Shown piece after piece: positions 37,300 to 47,012 of a stretch of 64,000 bases of DNA. Under the pieces are notes generated by a model. That model saw only the letters and a program-made list of their open reading frames with translations. It ran no database searches and was not told where the DNA came from. Origin of the DNA: an uncultured Muribaculaceae bacterium (GTDB lineage Bacteria; Cyanobacteriota; Vampirovibrionia; Gastranaerophilales; Gastranaerophilaceae); NCBI GenBank assembly GCA_964640325.1, contig CAZXID010000001.1:3994-67993 (forward strand). Reading direction: 5' to 3'. Numbering within the stretch: position 1 is the stretch's first letter; every line of letters begins with the position of its first letter. A program made the position numbers and the translations under genes.

Positions 37300-38856
37300 T
37301 TAAAGCACGCCTGCTTCTTCGTTTATCACAAATGTTCTGTATTGAAGCGCTTGGGCGATGTGGTTTTGGTAAATATCTTTCGACTCTTCAAGGTCTGCTA
37401 TCGTGCGGGCAAGTTTTAAAATTCTGTCATAGCTTCTGCCCGACAGATTGAATTTGATAATTGCCGATTTGAGCATATTTTCAGAAGCTTCGTCAATTTT
37501 GCAGAAAGTTTTTATTAAATCTGAATTTAGTTGGGAATTCGTCAAAATATTAAGCCCTTTATATCTTTGCACCTGAGTTTGTCTTGCTTTTATAACCCTT
37601 TGTCTTATTTTTTCGGAAGGCTCGCCTTGTTGTTTTGAGTTAAGAAGTTCTTCGGGAGAAAGTCTCGGGACTTCGATTTGTAAGTCAATTCTGTCCAAAA
37701 GCGGACCTGAAAGCCTTGAACGGTATCTTTGGATTTGAAATTCAGAGCATGTGCAATTTTTTTGGCTGTCTCCCAAAAAACCGCACGGGCATGGATTCAT
37801 TGCGCCCAAAAGCATAAAATCAGCGGGGTATTTTATTGAGGTTTGAGCTCTTGAAATTACTACTTCACCATCTTCTAAGGGTTGCCTTAAAACTTCTAAT
37901 ACCTGCCTTGGAAATTCCACCATTTCGTCTAAAAACAAAACGCCTCTGTGTGCAAGGGTTATTTCGCCGGGTTTGGGACTGCTTCCTCCGCCGATTATTC
38001 CTACAGCAGATGCCGAATGGTGGACCGCGCGAAACGGTCTTTGAGTTATAAGAGGCGAATTTGAGGGCAAAAGTCCGCTTATGCTGTAAATTTTTGTCAG
38101 CTCAAGTGCTTCTTCAAGCTCCAAAGGGGGTAAAATAGAAGCAAAACACTTAGCCATAAGGGTTTTACCAGAACCGGGTGTGCCGCTCATTAAAATATTG
38201 TGCCCGCCTGCTGCAGCTATTTCCATGGCTTTTTTGGCTTTTTGTTGACCTTTTACGTCTTTAAAGTCATAAGTATAATTGTTTAAACAATGTTTTTTTA
38301 AGTATTGGTCAATATTTACAATAGTTTTTGTAAGTTTTTCTTGTGAATTTTGTAAAAAATGGTTTACAACATCATTGAGCGAATCTGCGCCTAAAACTTC
38401 TATTCCTTCTACAAGGGCGGCTTCTTTTGCGTTTGAGTTGGGGACTATTACGCTTTTTACTCCGTAATCTTTAAGCCCGCAAACAAGCGGCAATACCCCG
38501 TTTACTCCTCGGAGGCTTCCGTCAAGTGACAATTCGCCCAAAAAAGCTGTGTTTTTAATCTCACTTTCTTCTATTACCCCGTTTTGGGCTAAGATTCCTA
38601 CGGCAATTGGTAAATCAAAGTTTGTGCCTTCTTTTCTTATATCCGCAGGGGCCAAATTGACTACAACGCGAAGCGCGGGAAAGCTGAATCCGGAATTTTT
38701 TATAGCCGAGCGCACCCGCTCTTTTGCTTCATTGACTGCAATATCGGGTAGCCCCACAATTGAAATATTGGGCAGAGAGTGCACAAAATCAACTTCCACA
38801 TCGAGTTTGTGCGCATTTAAGCCTATTGTTGTTGCTGTTGTAACTCTTGAAACCAT
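37300..38856 (-). CDS. comM: YifB/ComM-family Mg-chelatase-like AAA+ ATPase
   Basis: 518 aa. N-terminal Lon-protease-like domain, Walker A GTPGSGKT, Walker B GVLFLDE, and a zinc-ribbon insert (CPCGFLGDSQKNCTC). Confidence 0.9.
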   Translation of the reverse strand: MVSRVTTATTIGLNAHKLDVEVDFVHSLPNISIVGLPDIAVNEAKERVRSAIKNSGFSFPALRVVVNLAPADIRKEGTNFDLPIAVGILAQNGVIEESEIKNTAFLGELSLDGSLRGVNGVLPLVCGLKDYGVKSVIVPNSNAKEAALVEGIEVLGADSLNDVVNHFLQNSQEKLTKTIVNIDQYLKKHCLNNYTYDFKDVKGQQKAKKAMEIAAAGGHNILMSGTPGSGKTLMAKCFASILPPLELEEALELTKIYSISGLLPSNSPLITQRPFRAVHHSASAVGIIGGGSSPKPGEITLAHRGVLFLDEMVEFPRQVLEVLRQPLEDGEVVISRAQTSIKYPADFMLLGAMNPCPCGFLGDSQKNCTCSEFQIQRYRSRLSGPLLDRIDLQIEVPRLSPEELLNSKQQGEPSEKIRQRVIKARQTQVQRYKGLNILTNSQLNSDLIKTFCKIDEASENMLKSAIIKFNLSGRSYDRILKLARTIADLEESKDIYQNHIAQALQYRTFVINEEAGVL

Positions 38857-38876
38857 TTTTATCAGCTTAATAGCTT

Positions 38877-39006
38877 AACAGGTGAAAAGGTGAATAGTTT
38901 AATAATTTTTATTTTGTAAAATTATTTTCTTTAATTTATTCAGCCTTTCAGCCCTTCACCCTTTCAGCTTTTTAGCCTTTTACCTTTCGTATTTCACTTC
39001 TTACGT
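38877..39006. repeat. Inverted blocks of octamer repeats (GGTGAA-type block, AT-rich spacer, then six or more TTCAGCC/TTCACCC/TTTAGCC units)
   Basis: AACAGGTGAAAAGGTGAATAG at 38877-38897. ATTCAGCCTTTCAGCCCTTCACCCTTTCAGCTTTTTAGCCTTTTACCTTTCG... at 38938-39006. Confidence 0.8.
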
Positions 39007-39163
39007 TTTATTATACCTCAAGGTAATGAAATTTGTAAAAAATGAGTCATAATATAATAAAGGGCGCATGTATAATTAAATGTTCTTGAATTGTTTCAAG
39101 TTCCTTTAGCGAGTAAAGGAGATATTGATTATAATGCGCCTTTTTTTGCGTTATAATTTTTTT

Positions 39164-40168
39164 ATGAATGAAATTAAGAAAATTTTGGCGATTAATTTTG
39201 GCGGAATAGGCGATGAAATCTTGTTTTTGCCCACTTTGATTTCTTTGAAGAAGGCTTATCCCGATGCAAAAATTACCCTCGCACTTGAACCCAGAAGCAA
39301 AGGAATTAAAGATTTAACCGATGTAATCGACGATTTATTTTTAATCGACATCAAGTTTAAAAACAAGTATTTGCAACTTTTAAAATTGATTTTTCTTGCA
39401 AGAAAAGGCAAATTTGACCTTGTTATTTCATCAGGCGGGAACAAATTTATAAGTATTCTGCTTTTTTTGACAGGCATAAAACAAAGATACGGCTACAATA
39501 CAGGCAAATTAAGCCAAAAATTGCTCACAGGTGCAATCCTATTGAACAAAAACCAATATGCCGCAAAAATGTATCACGATTTGATTTCTGAGATTACTGA
39601 TATAAAAACTGATTTGCCTGAAATTAAAGTCGAAACAATCCCAAAAGAGCCAAATACCGTGCTGATTCATCCGGGTGTAAGCAAATTGAGTGTAAAACAA
39701 GGTATGATAAAAACAATTTCGCCTCAAAAGTGGGCAAAGGTTATTGATTTGCTATTGGAAAACGGTAAAAAAGTTATTTTGGCGGGCGGACCTGATGACA
39801 GGGAATGCATAGCGCAAATAAAAAGTACGATTAATAACTTTGAAAACCCTAATTTTATTGACACTTACGGGCAAACAAAAAATCTGTCGGATTTGGCAAA
39901 ATTAATAGCGTTATCGGAAAAATTTGTATGTTCTGATTCGGCGCCTTTGCATATTGCGGTTGCACTGAAAGCTAAAACGTATGTGATTTTCGGCCCGACC
40001 GATGATAAAACTTTAATCCCTCAAACACCGCTTGTAAAAGCAATTAAGTCAGAGGATAACTGCCGGTTAAAGCCCTGTTTGTGGCAAAAAAGGCAAACTA
40101 CCTGCCAGGAACTTTTCTGCCTTGATATTTTGCCCGAAGATATTGTTAAAAAAGTTTTGTCGAATTGA
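39164..40168 (+). CDS. Glycosyltransferase family 9 (LPS heptosyltransferase-like)
   Basis: N-terminus KKILAINFGGIGDEILFLPTL and C-terminal SDSAPLHIAVAL motif. The start is ambiguous (39134 or 39164; the ORF track gives TTG 39125). Confidence 0.8.
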   Translation: MNEIKKILAINFGGIGDEILFLPTLISLKKAYPDAKITLALEPRSKGIKDLTDVIDDLFLIDIKFKNKYLQLLKLIFLARKGKFDLVISSGGNKFISILLFLTGIKQRYGYNTGKLSQKLLTGAILLNKNQYAAKMYHDLISEITDIKTDLPEIKVETIPKEPNTVLIHPGVSKLSVKQGMIKTISPQKWAKVIDLLLENGKKVILAGGPDDRECIAQIKSTINNFENPNFIDTYGQTKNLSDLAKLIALSEKFVCSDSAPLHIAVALKAKTYVIFGPTDDKTLIPQTPLVKAIKSEDNCRLKPCLWQKRQTTCQELFCLDILPEDIVKKVLSN

Positions 40169-40356
40169 TTTCTTCAAAAAACTTAATAAAAAAAACTTTT
40201 AAATATTGGATTTCGGTCATTTGAATGGTTTTTAAAAAATAAATAACCAAAATTGTCAAGATGTGCTATATTGTTTATTATTAAAAATGTTGGACTAATT
40301 GAAAAAAATTTTTTTTAAGCATAAAGTATTAGTGAAATAGAAAAGGTGTTAAATTT

Positions 40357-42045
40357 ATGGCATTACCAAAAGTAGCGTATTTTTCGATGGAAATTGCGAT
40401 GGATCAGTCGCTCAGTACTTATTCCGGAGGGTTAGGGTTTTTAGCAGGTTCTCACATGCAGTCTGCAGGTTATTTACAGCTTCCCATGGCAGGGGTTACA
40501 ATGCTTTGGTCTTATGGGTATTATGATCAGAGAATTGATCAAAACGGTGAAGTAGAAGTTGCTTACATAAGAAAATATTATGATTTTTTAACAGATTTGG
40601 ATGTTTATACCGACGTAGATGTTTTTGGCGAAAAAGTTAGGGTTAAGGCTTACAGAGTTGAGCCCGAATTATTTGGAACATGCCCTGTGTATCTTTTGAC
40701 AACAGATATTGAAGGAAACAGTGAGTGGGCAAGAAGCATTTCTCACAGACTTTATGACGGAGACGAAAAAATAAGAATTGCCCAGGAAACTGTTTTGGGT
40801 ATAGGCGGCATAAGAATTCTTCAACAAGTCGGCTATAATTTTGACGTTGTACACATGAATGAGGGTCACGCACTTCCTGCTGCGTTTGAACTTTTAAGAC
40901 AATATAACGGGGATTTGGAAAGAGTTAAGCAGACAACTGTATTCACGACTCACACCCCCGTTGCTGCGGGCAATGAAGTTCACTGGGTTGATACTCTTAT
41001 GGAGGCAGGATTTTTTGCAGGTTGTCCAAGGGAAAGAGTCATAGCACTCGGCGGAGAAAATTTTTCTCTGACTGTCGCAGCATTGAGAATGAGCAGAATC
41101 TCGAATGCTGTCTCCCAGCTTCACGGGCTTGTTGCAAATAAAATGTGGGAATGGGTTGACGGGAGATGTCCTATTAGGGCGATTACAAATGCCGTAAATC
41201 TTCATTATTGGCAGGATTCCAGGATTTCTAATTCTAAAAATTATAAAGATTTGCTCAAGGCAAAGCGTGATATGAAGGTCGAACTTTTTAAATATATTGC
41301 TGATATCGCAGGAAAAAGATTTGATCCTGATGTTTTGACAATTACATGGGCCAGAAGATTTGCTGATTATAAAAGAGCTTGGCTTATTTTAATGGACAAA
41401 GACAGGTTAAATAAACTTTTGGATGAAAATAAAATTCAAATTATTTTTGCCGGCAAGTTCCACCCCAGTGATGTTATGGGGCGTGAAATGTTCAATAAAA
41501 TTCTTCACCGCTCACACTCACTTAAAAATGTTGTTGTTCTGCCCGGTTATGAACTTGAATTGAGCGCAAAACTTAAAAAAGGTTCAGATATCTGGCTAAA
41601 TACGCCATTAAGACCATTTGAGGCTTCAGGAACTTCAGGTATGTCGGCTAATATGAACGGAGCATTACACCTTTCAATTTATGACGGTTGGACTGTTGAG
41701 GGTACATTTAACGGAATTAACGGATATTCGGTTGAATACCCCGGACTTGATGACGAGATTCCATGGGAAGAAAGACACTGGAAAGATCATGAATACATTA
41801 TGAACATTATTGAAAATGAGATTATTCCTACATACTATGAAAATAAAGAGGAATGGGCAAGATTGATGCGTCAGGCAATAAGAACTTCCGAAGCTTACTT
41901 CAATTCTGATCGTATGGTAATTGAATATTACAGCAGGCTTTATAAGTCAATTGCCCATGATGAGACTTCTTCAAGCGCTCAAAAAGATATAAGAGTAGCA
42001 GAAAGTCCTACGTTTGATGCTTGGACATTCTCTAATATTAAATAA
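40357..42045 (+). CDS. glgP: Alpha-glucan (glycogen/maltodextrin) phosphorylase, short GT35 'alpha-glucan family' type
   Basis: YFSMEIA...YSGGLGFLAG N-terminus and EASGTSGMSANMNGALHLSIYDGW (pyridoxal-phosphate Lys region). Confidence 0.9.
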   Translation: MALPKVAYFSMEIAMDQSLSTYSGGLGFLAGSHMQSAGYLQLPMAGVTMLWSYGYYDQRIDQNGEVEVAYIRKYYDFLTDLDVYTDVDVFGEKVRVKAYRVEPELFGTCPVYLLTTDIEGNSEWARSISHRLYDGDEKIRIAQETVLGIGGIRILQQVGYNFDVVHMNEGHALPAAFELLRQYNGDLERVKQTTVFTTHTPVAAGNEVHWVDTLMEAGFFAGCPRERVIALGGENFSLTVAALRMSRISNAVSQLHGLVANKMWEWVDGRCPIRAITNAVNLHYWQDSRISNSKNYKDLLKAKRDMKVELFKYIADIAGKRFDPDVLTITWARRFADYKRAWLILMDKDRLNKLLDENKIQIIFAGKFHPSDVMGREMFNKILHRSHSLKNVVVLPGYELELSAKLKKGSDIWLNTPLRPFEASGTSGMSANMNGALHLSIYDGWTVEGTFNGINGYSVEYPGLDDEIPWEERHWKDHEYIMNIIENEIIPTYYENKEEWARLMRQAIRTSEAYFNSDRMVIEYYSRLYKSIAHDETSSSAQKDIRVAESPTFDAWTFSNIK

Positions 42046-42125
42046 AAAGGTGAAAAGCTTAACAGGTGAATAGGTGAAAAGTTTTATAAGCTCTTCAGCC
42101 ATTCACCTTTTCAGCCATTAAGCCA
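42046..42125. repeat. Inverted octamer-repeat blocks (GGTGAAAAG.../...TTCAGCCATTCACCTTTTCAGCC) after glgP
   Basis: Forward block at 42046-42082, reverse block at 42095-42125. Same family as 38877-39006 and 44031-44110. Confidence 0.8.
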
Positions 42126-42194
42126 AATATATTTACTCCCTTGACTCCCCATTTACCCCCTTTAATTTCTTCTTTTTTATGCTAATTTAATTAC

Positions 42195-44036
42195 ATGAAC
42201 AAAAGTTTGTATGTTGCTTTAATAATATTTTTGGTTGTCTTTTGGTTGAAAGCATGTGTCAATGTTGACATTCAGGAAGAAACCACCTCAAAGCCTAGAG
42301 CAAAAATTGAACAAAAAGTTCAATTTCCGCCACCGGCGATAACAAAAACCATTGACGGGATTGACTATCTTCAAAGTCAGGCACAAGTCGGGAAATTTGG
42401 TGGAGCATTGGTTTCATCTGTTATCGGAGAAGGTCCTAAAACCTTTAATCCTTTTAACACAAAAGATGCCACATCTTCTGCTATGGCAGATTTAATGTTT
42501 GATGGGCTTTTAACCACCCACCCTCAAACAGGTGAGGTTGTTCCCAAGCTTGCAAAATCTTTTGAAATTTCATCTGACGGAAAAATTTACACGATAAATT
42601 TAAGACACGGGATAAAATGGTCTGACGGTAAAGCTATAACCGCAGATGATGTGGTTTTTACGTGGAATAAAATTATTTTGGCGGGTTTAGGTAATACTTC
42701 AACAAGGGATTCTGTTATTATAGACGGGCAGCTTCCAAGGGTCGAGAAAATTAACGATTATGCGGTAAAATTTATTTTGATAAAGCCTTTTGCACCGTTT
42801 TTGAGAATTTTAGCAGCGCCGATTGCGCCAAAACATGTTTTTGAACCAGTTGTAAAAAAAGGAGGCACATATTTTGATTCTTTCTGGTCAACAACCGCTC
42901 GACCGAAGGAGTTTATAACAAGCGGAGCTTTCAAATTAAAAGAGTATGTTCCTGCTCAAAGAGTGGTTTTTGAGCGCAATTTCAACTATTATGAAATAAA
43001 TTTAAAAGACGAAAAACTCCCTTACCTTGATAAAATAATTTATCTTATCGTGGGGGATTTGAATAATGAAATTTTAAAATTTGAAGCAAAAGAACTTGAC
43101 GTTATTTCGCTTCGGGGTTCAACTGTCGGCAGATATAAGGCGCAGGAAGCAAAGTCTGATTTTATAATTTATAACATAGGACCGGATACCGGTACAATGT
43201 TTGTTGCCATAAATTTAAATAGCAGAAAAAATGATAAGGGTAAATTTTATGTTGAGCCCAAAAAGCAGGTTTGGTTTAATGACAAAAACTTTAGATATGC
43301 AATTGATTATGCTCTGGATCGTCAGGCAATGGTAAACAACGTCGCAAACGGACTTGCAGCCCCTTTGTTTACGTCAGAGAGCCTAAATTCGATTTATCTT
43401 AATAAAAATTTGACAAAAGGATATAAAAAAGATTTGCAAAAAGCCAAAGAATATTTAAAAAGGTCAGGATTTTATTTGAAAAATAAAATCCTATACGATA
43501 AATCAGGAAATAAGGTCGAATTTGATTTGTATACAAACGCCGGTAACACCGAGCGCGAAGCCATCGGGGTTATGGTTAAGCAAGATTTGAGTGACTTGGG
43601 TATTAAGGTCAATTTTAAACCCGTTGAATTTAATTCGCTTGTAAATAAACTGGTAAACTCTTACGATTGGGATTTGGTTATAATGGGGCTTACGGGCTCT
43701 CCGCTTGAGCCTCATAACGGCAAAAATGTCTGGTATTCAAACGGGAGCCTGCATTTGTTTAACCAAAGGCCGTCAGATGACAAGTCTCAAAGGCTTGATT
43801 GGGAGTTGAAGCTCGATAAGATAATGGATGAAGCTTCTTTAAAAACAGGGTTTGAGGACAGAAAAAAACTTTATGACCAATATCAGCAAATAATTTATGA
43901 TGAAAAGCCCATAATTTATTTGTATTCACCGACAAGGGTAGTGGCAATTCGTAAGAAATTCGGTAATATTTATCCTTCAACGCTGTCAGGCGTGGCTTAT
44001 AATCTCGATGAAATCTATATAAAGGAGAAAAGCTGA
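42195..44036 (+). CDS. ABC transporter substrate-binding protein, family 5 (peptide/nickel, OppA/DppA-like)
   Basis: 613 aa. N-terminal hydrophobic anchor with Cys (WLKAC). Family-5 SBP core motifs (GIKWSDGKAITADDVVFTW, DLVIMGLTG). Confidence 0.85.
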   Translation: MNKSLYVALIIFLVVFWLKACVNVDIQEETTSKPRAKIEQKVQFPPPAITKTIDGIDYLQSQAQVGKFGGALVSSVIGEGPKTFNPFNTKDATSSAMADLMFDGLLTTHPQTGEVVPKLAKSFEISSDGKIYTINLRHGIKWSDGKAITADDVVFTWNKIILAGLGNTSTRDSVIIDGQLPRVEKINDYAVKFILIKPFAPFLRILAAPIAPKHVFEPVVKKGGTYFDSFWSTTARPKEFITSGAFKLKEYVPAQRVVFERNFNYYEINLKDEKLPYLDKIIYLIVGDLNNEILKFEAKELDVISLRGSTVGRYKAQEAKSDFIIYNIGPDTGTMFVAINLNSRKNDKGKFYVEPKKQVWFNDKNFRYAIDYALDRQAMVNNVANGLAAPLFTSESLNSIYLNKNLTKGYKKDLQKAKEYLKRSGFYLKNKILYDKSGNKVEFDLYTNAGNTEREAIGVMVKQDLSDLGIKVNFKPVEFNSLVNKLVNSYDWDLVIMGLTGSPLEPHNGKNVWYSNGSLHLFNQRPSDDKSQRLDWELKLDKIMDEASLKTGFEDRKKLYDQYQQIIYDEKPIIYLYSPTRVVAIRKKFGNIYPSTLSGVAYNLDEIYIKEKS

Positions 44037-44110
44037 AAGGCTGAATGGCTGAAAGGCTGAAAAGTTATTAAATAACTATTCACCTATTCACCTATTCACT
44101 TATTCACCTA
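44031..44110. repeat. Inverted octamer-repeat blocks (GGCTGAAA x4 / TTCACCTA x4); the first block overlaps the stop codon of the binding-protein gene
   Basis: AGCTGAAAGGCTGAATGGCTGAAAGGCTGAAAAG at 44031-44064. TTCACCTATTCACCTATTCACTTATTCACCTA at 44079-44110. Confidence 0.85.
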
Positions 44111-44115
44111 AAACA

Positions 44116-45087
44116 ATGAACATACTAATCTACATCTTAAAACGAATACTTCAAACGATACCATTGTTGATAATGGTGTCGCTGATAAGCTTTTTTATAA
44201 TAAGATTAAGCCCCGTTGACCCTTTGGCGGAGTTGAAATTAAATCCTTCGATTTCAAAAGAAACTCTTCAAAAGGAAACTCAACGACTGGGGTTGGATAA
44301 GCCGATTTATATTCAATACGGTCTTTGGGCAAAAGCTTTTGTTAAGGGAGATTTGGGTGTTTGTTCAACAGGTGAAAGAGTAGGGGTAAAATTAAAAGAA
44401 AGGATTCCAAATACTTTGCTTTTAACTTCGCTTGTAATTTTTCTGACATGGATTGCGGGTGTTCCGCTTGGTATTCTTGCTGCAATAAATTGGAAAACAC
44501 CTTTAGACAGGATGCTTACGCTTTTAACAAGCATTGGAATGGCAATTCCGTCATTCTTCTTTGCGATTTTGCTTCTGATTTTTGCAGTAAAAACAGGTTG
44601 GTTTCCCGTCGGGGGGCTGACAAGCTATAATTTCAGCGACATGAGCCTGACAGGAAAAATTTGGGATTTGACAAGGCATTTGGTTTTGCCCACCACGGTT
44701 TTATTTACAATTTCGCTGGCAGGGCTTCAACGGCAGATGAGAGGAAATCTTCTTGATGTTTTAGACAGTGAATACGTTAAATTTGCACGCGCAAAGGGAC
44801 TTAGCGAATTTAAGGTGATATATAAACATGCACTTAGAAATGCAATTAATCCGCTTATAACGCTTTTGGGCTTTGAATTTGCATCACTTTTGAGCGGAGC
44901 CGCATTGACAGAATTTGTGTTTCAATATCCGGGGCTTGGTCGATTAATCCTGGAGGCAGTCTTAAAATCAGATATTAACCTTGTCATGGCATCTTTGATG
45001 ATGGGGGCTGTTATGCTCATCTTTGGGAATTTATTGGCGGATATTTTATTAATTATCACTGACCCGAGAATAAGGGTAAAAACATGA
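44116..45087 (+). CDS. ABC transporter permease (OppB/DppB-like)
   Basis: 323 aa, 6 TM segments, EAA-type loop (YVKFARAKGLSEFKVIYKHALRNA). Confidence 0.9.
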   Translation: MNILIYILKRILQTIPLLIMVSLISFFIIRLSPVDPLAELKLNPSISKETLQKETQRLGLDKPIYIQYGLWAKAFVKGDLGVCSTGERVGVKLKERIPNTLLLTSLVIFLTWIAGVPLGILAAINWKTPLDRMLTLLTSIGMAIPSFFFAILLLIFAVKTGWFPVGGLTSYNFSDMSLTGKIWDLTRHLVLPTTVLFTISLAGLQRQMRGNLLDVLDSEYVKFARAKGLSEFKVIYKHALRNAINPLITLLGFEFASLLSGAALTEFVFQYPGLGRLILEAVLKSDINLVMASLMMGAVMLIFGNLLADILLIITDPRIRVKT

Positions 45088-45088
45088 T

Positions 45089-45167
45089 GTCATTGCGAGC
45101 GTAAGCGAAGCAATACAAGGAGTATTTTTGGATTGCCGCGTCAGGCTAAAGCCTTCCTCGCAATGAC
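45089..45167. repeat. REP-like family A element forming a long hairpin inside the permease operon
   Basis: GTCATTGCGAG (45089-45099) is inverted as CTCGCAATGAC (45157-45167). Internal GCGAAGCAATAC...GGATTGCCGCG and AGGCT-AA-AGCCT sub-hairpins. Confidence 0.8.
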
Positions 45168-45186
45168 GTAATAAACAAAGGAAAAT

Positions 45187-46272
45187 ATGACAGAAGGATA
45201 CAAAGACATAAATATTTCTATATTTAAACAGTTAATAAGAGATAAATTCGCTCTTGTGGCTCTTGTTGTGCTTGCAATTATCTATCTTTCGCTTCTTTTT
45301 GCCGACTTTATCGCACCTTACGGCAAAGATTTTTCCGACAGGAATGCATCTTATGCCCCGCCTTCGGTTATTTATTTAATAAACGAAAAAGGAAAATTGT
45401 CATTCCCTTACACTTATAATTGGATTAGGGAGTATGATGTCGAGGCTATGCAGGTTGAATATAAGCCGGACAGGAGTAAAAAATTCTTTTTAAAACCTTT
45501 TGTAAGTGGTGAAAAGTATAAGTTTTTGGGATTAATTTCTTGTTCAAGACATTTAATCGGCGTTGAGCCGCAGGGCCGTTTATATTTATTGGGTACAGAC
45601 ATCAACGGCCGCGATGTGTTTTCAAGAATTCTATTTGGCGGAAGAATTTCAATGACGATAGGATTTCTTGCGCTTTTGGTATTATTTCCGATAGGGCTTT
45701 TATACGGCGGGATTTCGGGATATTTTGGCGGCAAAGTTGACATGTTGATGATGCGGTTTGCAGAAGCTGTTATGTCCATTCCGAGTTTTTATCTTTTGAT
45801 AATTCTTGCTGCTATTTTGCCTTCAAATATGACAAGTATTCAAAGGTTTATGTTGATTACGGTAATTCTTGCTTTGATAGGTTGGGCAGGTTTTGCAAGG
45901 GTTGTAAGAGGAATGGTTTTGTCGATAAAAACTCAAGAGTATGTTCAAAGTGCAAGGGCAATCGGGGCATCTAATTTAAGAATTATAATAAGGCATATTC
46001 TTCCGCAAACGGCCAGTTATGTAATTGTAGCAATGACTTTAAGCGTGCCTTCTTATATTTTGGCAGAATCGGGATTAAGTTTTTTGGGGCTTGGGATTCA
46101 ACAGCCTGATGCGAGTTGGGGTAATATGCTAAAAGAGGCTCAAGAGTATATAAATATACTTTATCGTCCATGGCTTTTGACACCCGGATTTTTAATTTTT
46201 GTTGCGGTGTTATCATTTAATTTAATAGGTGATACAATAAGAGATATCTTAGATCCAAAAGCAAGGAGTTAA
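45187..46272 (+). CDS. ABC transporter permease (OppC/DppC-like)
   Basis: 361 aa. N-terminal extracytoplasmic loop, TM core, EAA loop (YVQSARAIGASNLRIIIRHILPQ). Confidence 0.9.
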   Translation: MTEGYKDINISIFKQLIRDKFALVALVVLAIIYLSLLFADFIAPYGKDFSDRNASYAPPSVIYLINEKGKLSFPYTYNWIREYDVEAMQVEYKPDRSKKFFLKPFVSGEKYKFLGLISCSRHLIGVEPQGRLYLLGTDINGRDVFSRILFGGRISMTIGFLALLVLFPIGLLYGGISGYFGGKVDMLMMRFAEAVMSIPSFYLLIILAAILPSNMTSIQRFMLITVILALIGWAGFARVVRGMVLSIKTQEYVQSARAIGASNLRIIIRHILPQTASYVIVAMTLSVPSYILAESGLSFLGLGIQQPDASWGNMLKEAQEYINILYRPWLLTPGFLIFVAVLSFNLIGDTIRDILDPKARS

Positions 46273-46304
46273 GTTTTTTGTGTTAATATAAGGCAGGTAA
46301 GGTT

Positions 46305-47012
46305 ATGTACGATTTAGGTTTTGATTTAATTATTTCATTGAGAATATTTGCGGCAATACTTTTCGGTTTCGGAATAGGACTTGAAAGGGAGCTCACCAAT
46401 AAGTATGCTGGACTCAGAACTCATATTTTGGTTTGTTTGGGTTCTTGCGTTTTTACGGTTCTTTCGATATATGCTTTTCCTCTGGCGGTTGACAGTTCCA
46501 ACCCGCAGGCATTTGGAGACCCTGCAAGAATAGCTGCACAAATTCTTACCGGCATAGGTTTTATAGGTGGCGGAACTGTTTTAAGGCATGGGTCTTCGGT
46601 TTACGGACTTACTACCGCGGCAACGCTTTGGGTATCAGCTTCTATAGGAATGGCATGCGGGGCAGGAATGCTTGATGTTGCTTTTATTGCAACGGTTGTA
46701 AGCATACTTGTACTTGTTTTAATAAGAAATTTTGAAAGAAAAGTACTTGTAAACAGTGCAAAAAACATGAAGAGAATTAAATTGATTGTCAGTTGTAAAG
46801 AGGAAAATTCTCAAGATGTCCATAATTATATTATAGAAAATTTTTCCAACATGCACGAAATTTCAAAGAAACACATTGATTCAGCTGAAAAATCGGTAAA
46901 AATCGAAGCTATAATAGATGTTCAAAACAGCAGAACCATACAATCTCTATATAAGAGCTTTGAGGCTTTGAATGGGCTGGAGTCTGTTTCAATACAGGAA
47001 GCAAATGATTAA
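46305..47012 (+). CDS. mgtC: MgtC/SapB-family membrane protein
   Basis: GFGIGLERE...GLRTHILV..., GIGFIGGG motif, C-terminal ACT-like soluble domain. Confidence 0.85.
   Translation: MYDLGFDLIISLRIFAAILFGFGIGLERELTNKYAGLRTHILVCLGSCVFTVLSIYAFPLAVDSSNPQAFGDPARIAAQILTGIGFIGGGTVLRHGSSVYGLTTAATLWVSASIGMACGAGMLDVAFIATVVSILVLVLIRNFERKVLVNSAKNMKRIKLIVSCKEENSQDVHNYIIENFSNMHEISKKHIDSAEKSVKIEAIIDVQNSRTIQSLYKSFEALNGLESVSIQEAND

Noticed and set aside
37248-37451. 67-aa plus-strand ORF straddling the sigma-factor stop and the comM 3' end
   Set aside because: It overlaps the conserved C-terminus of comM on the opposite strand and has no RBS. It is spurious.
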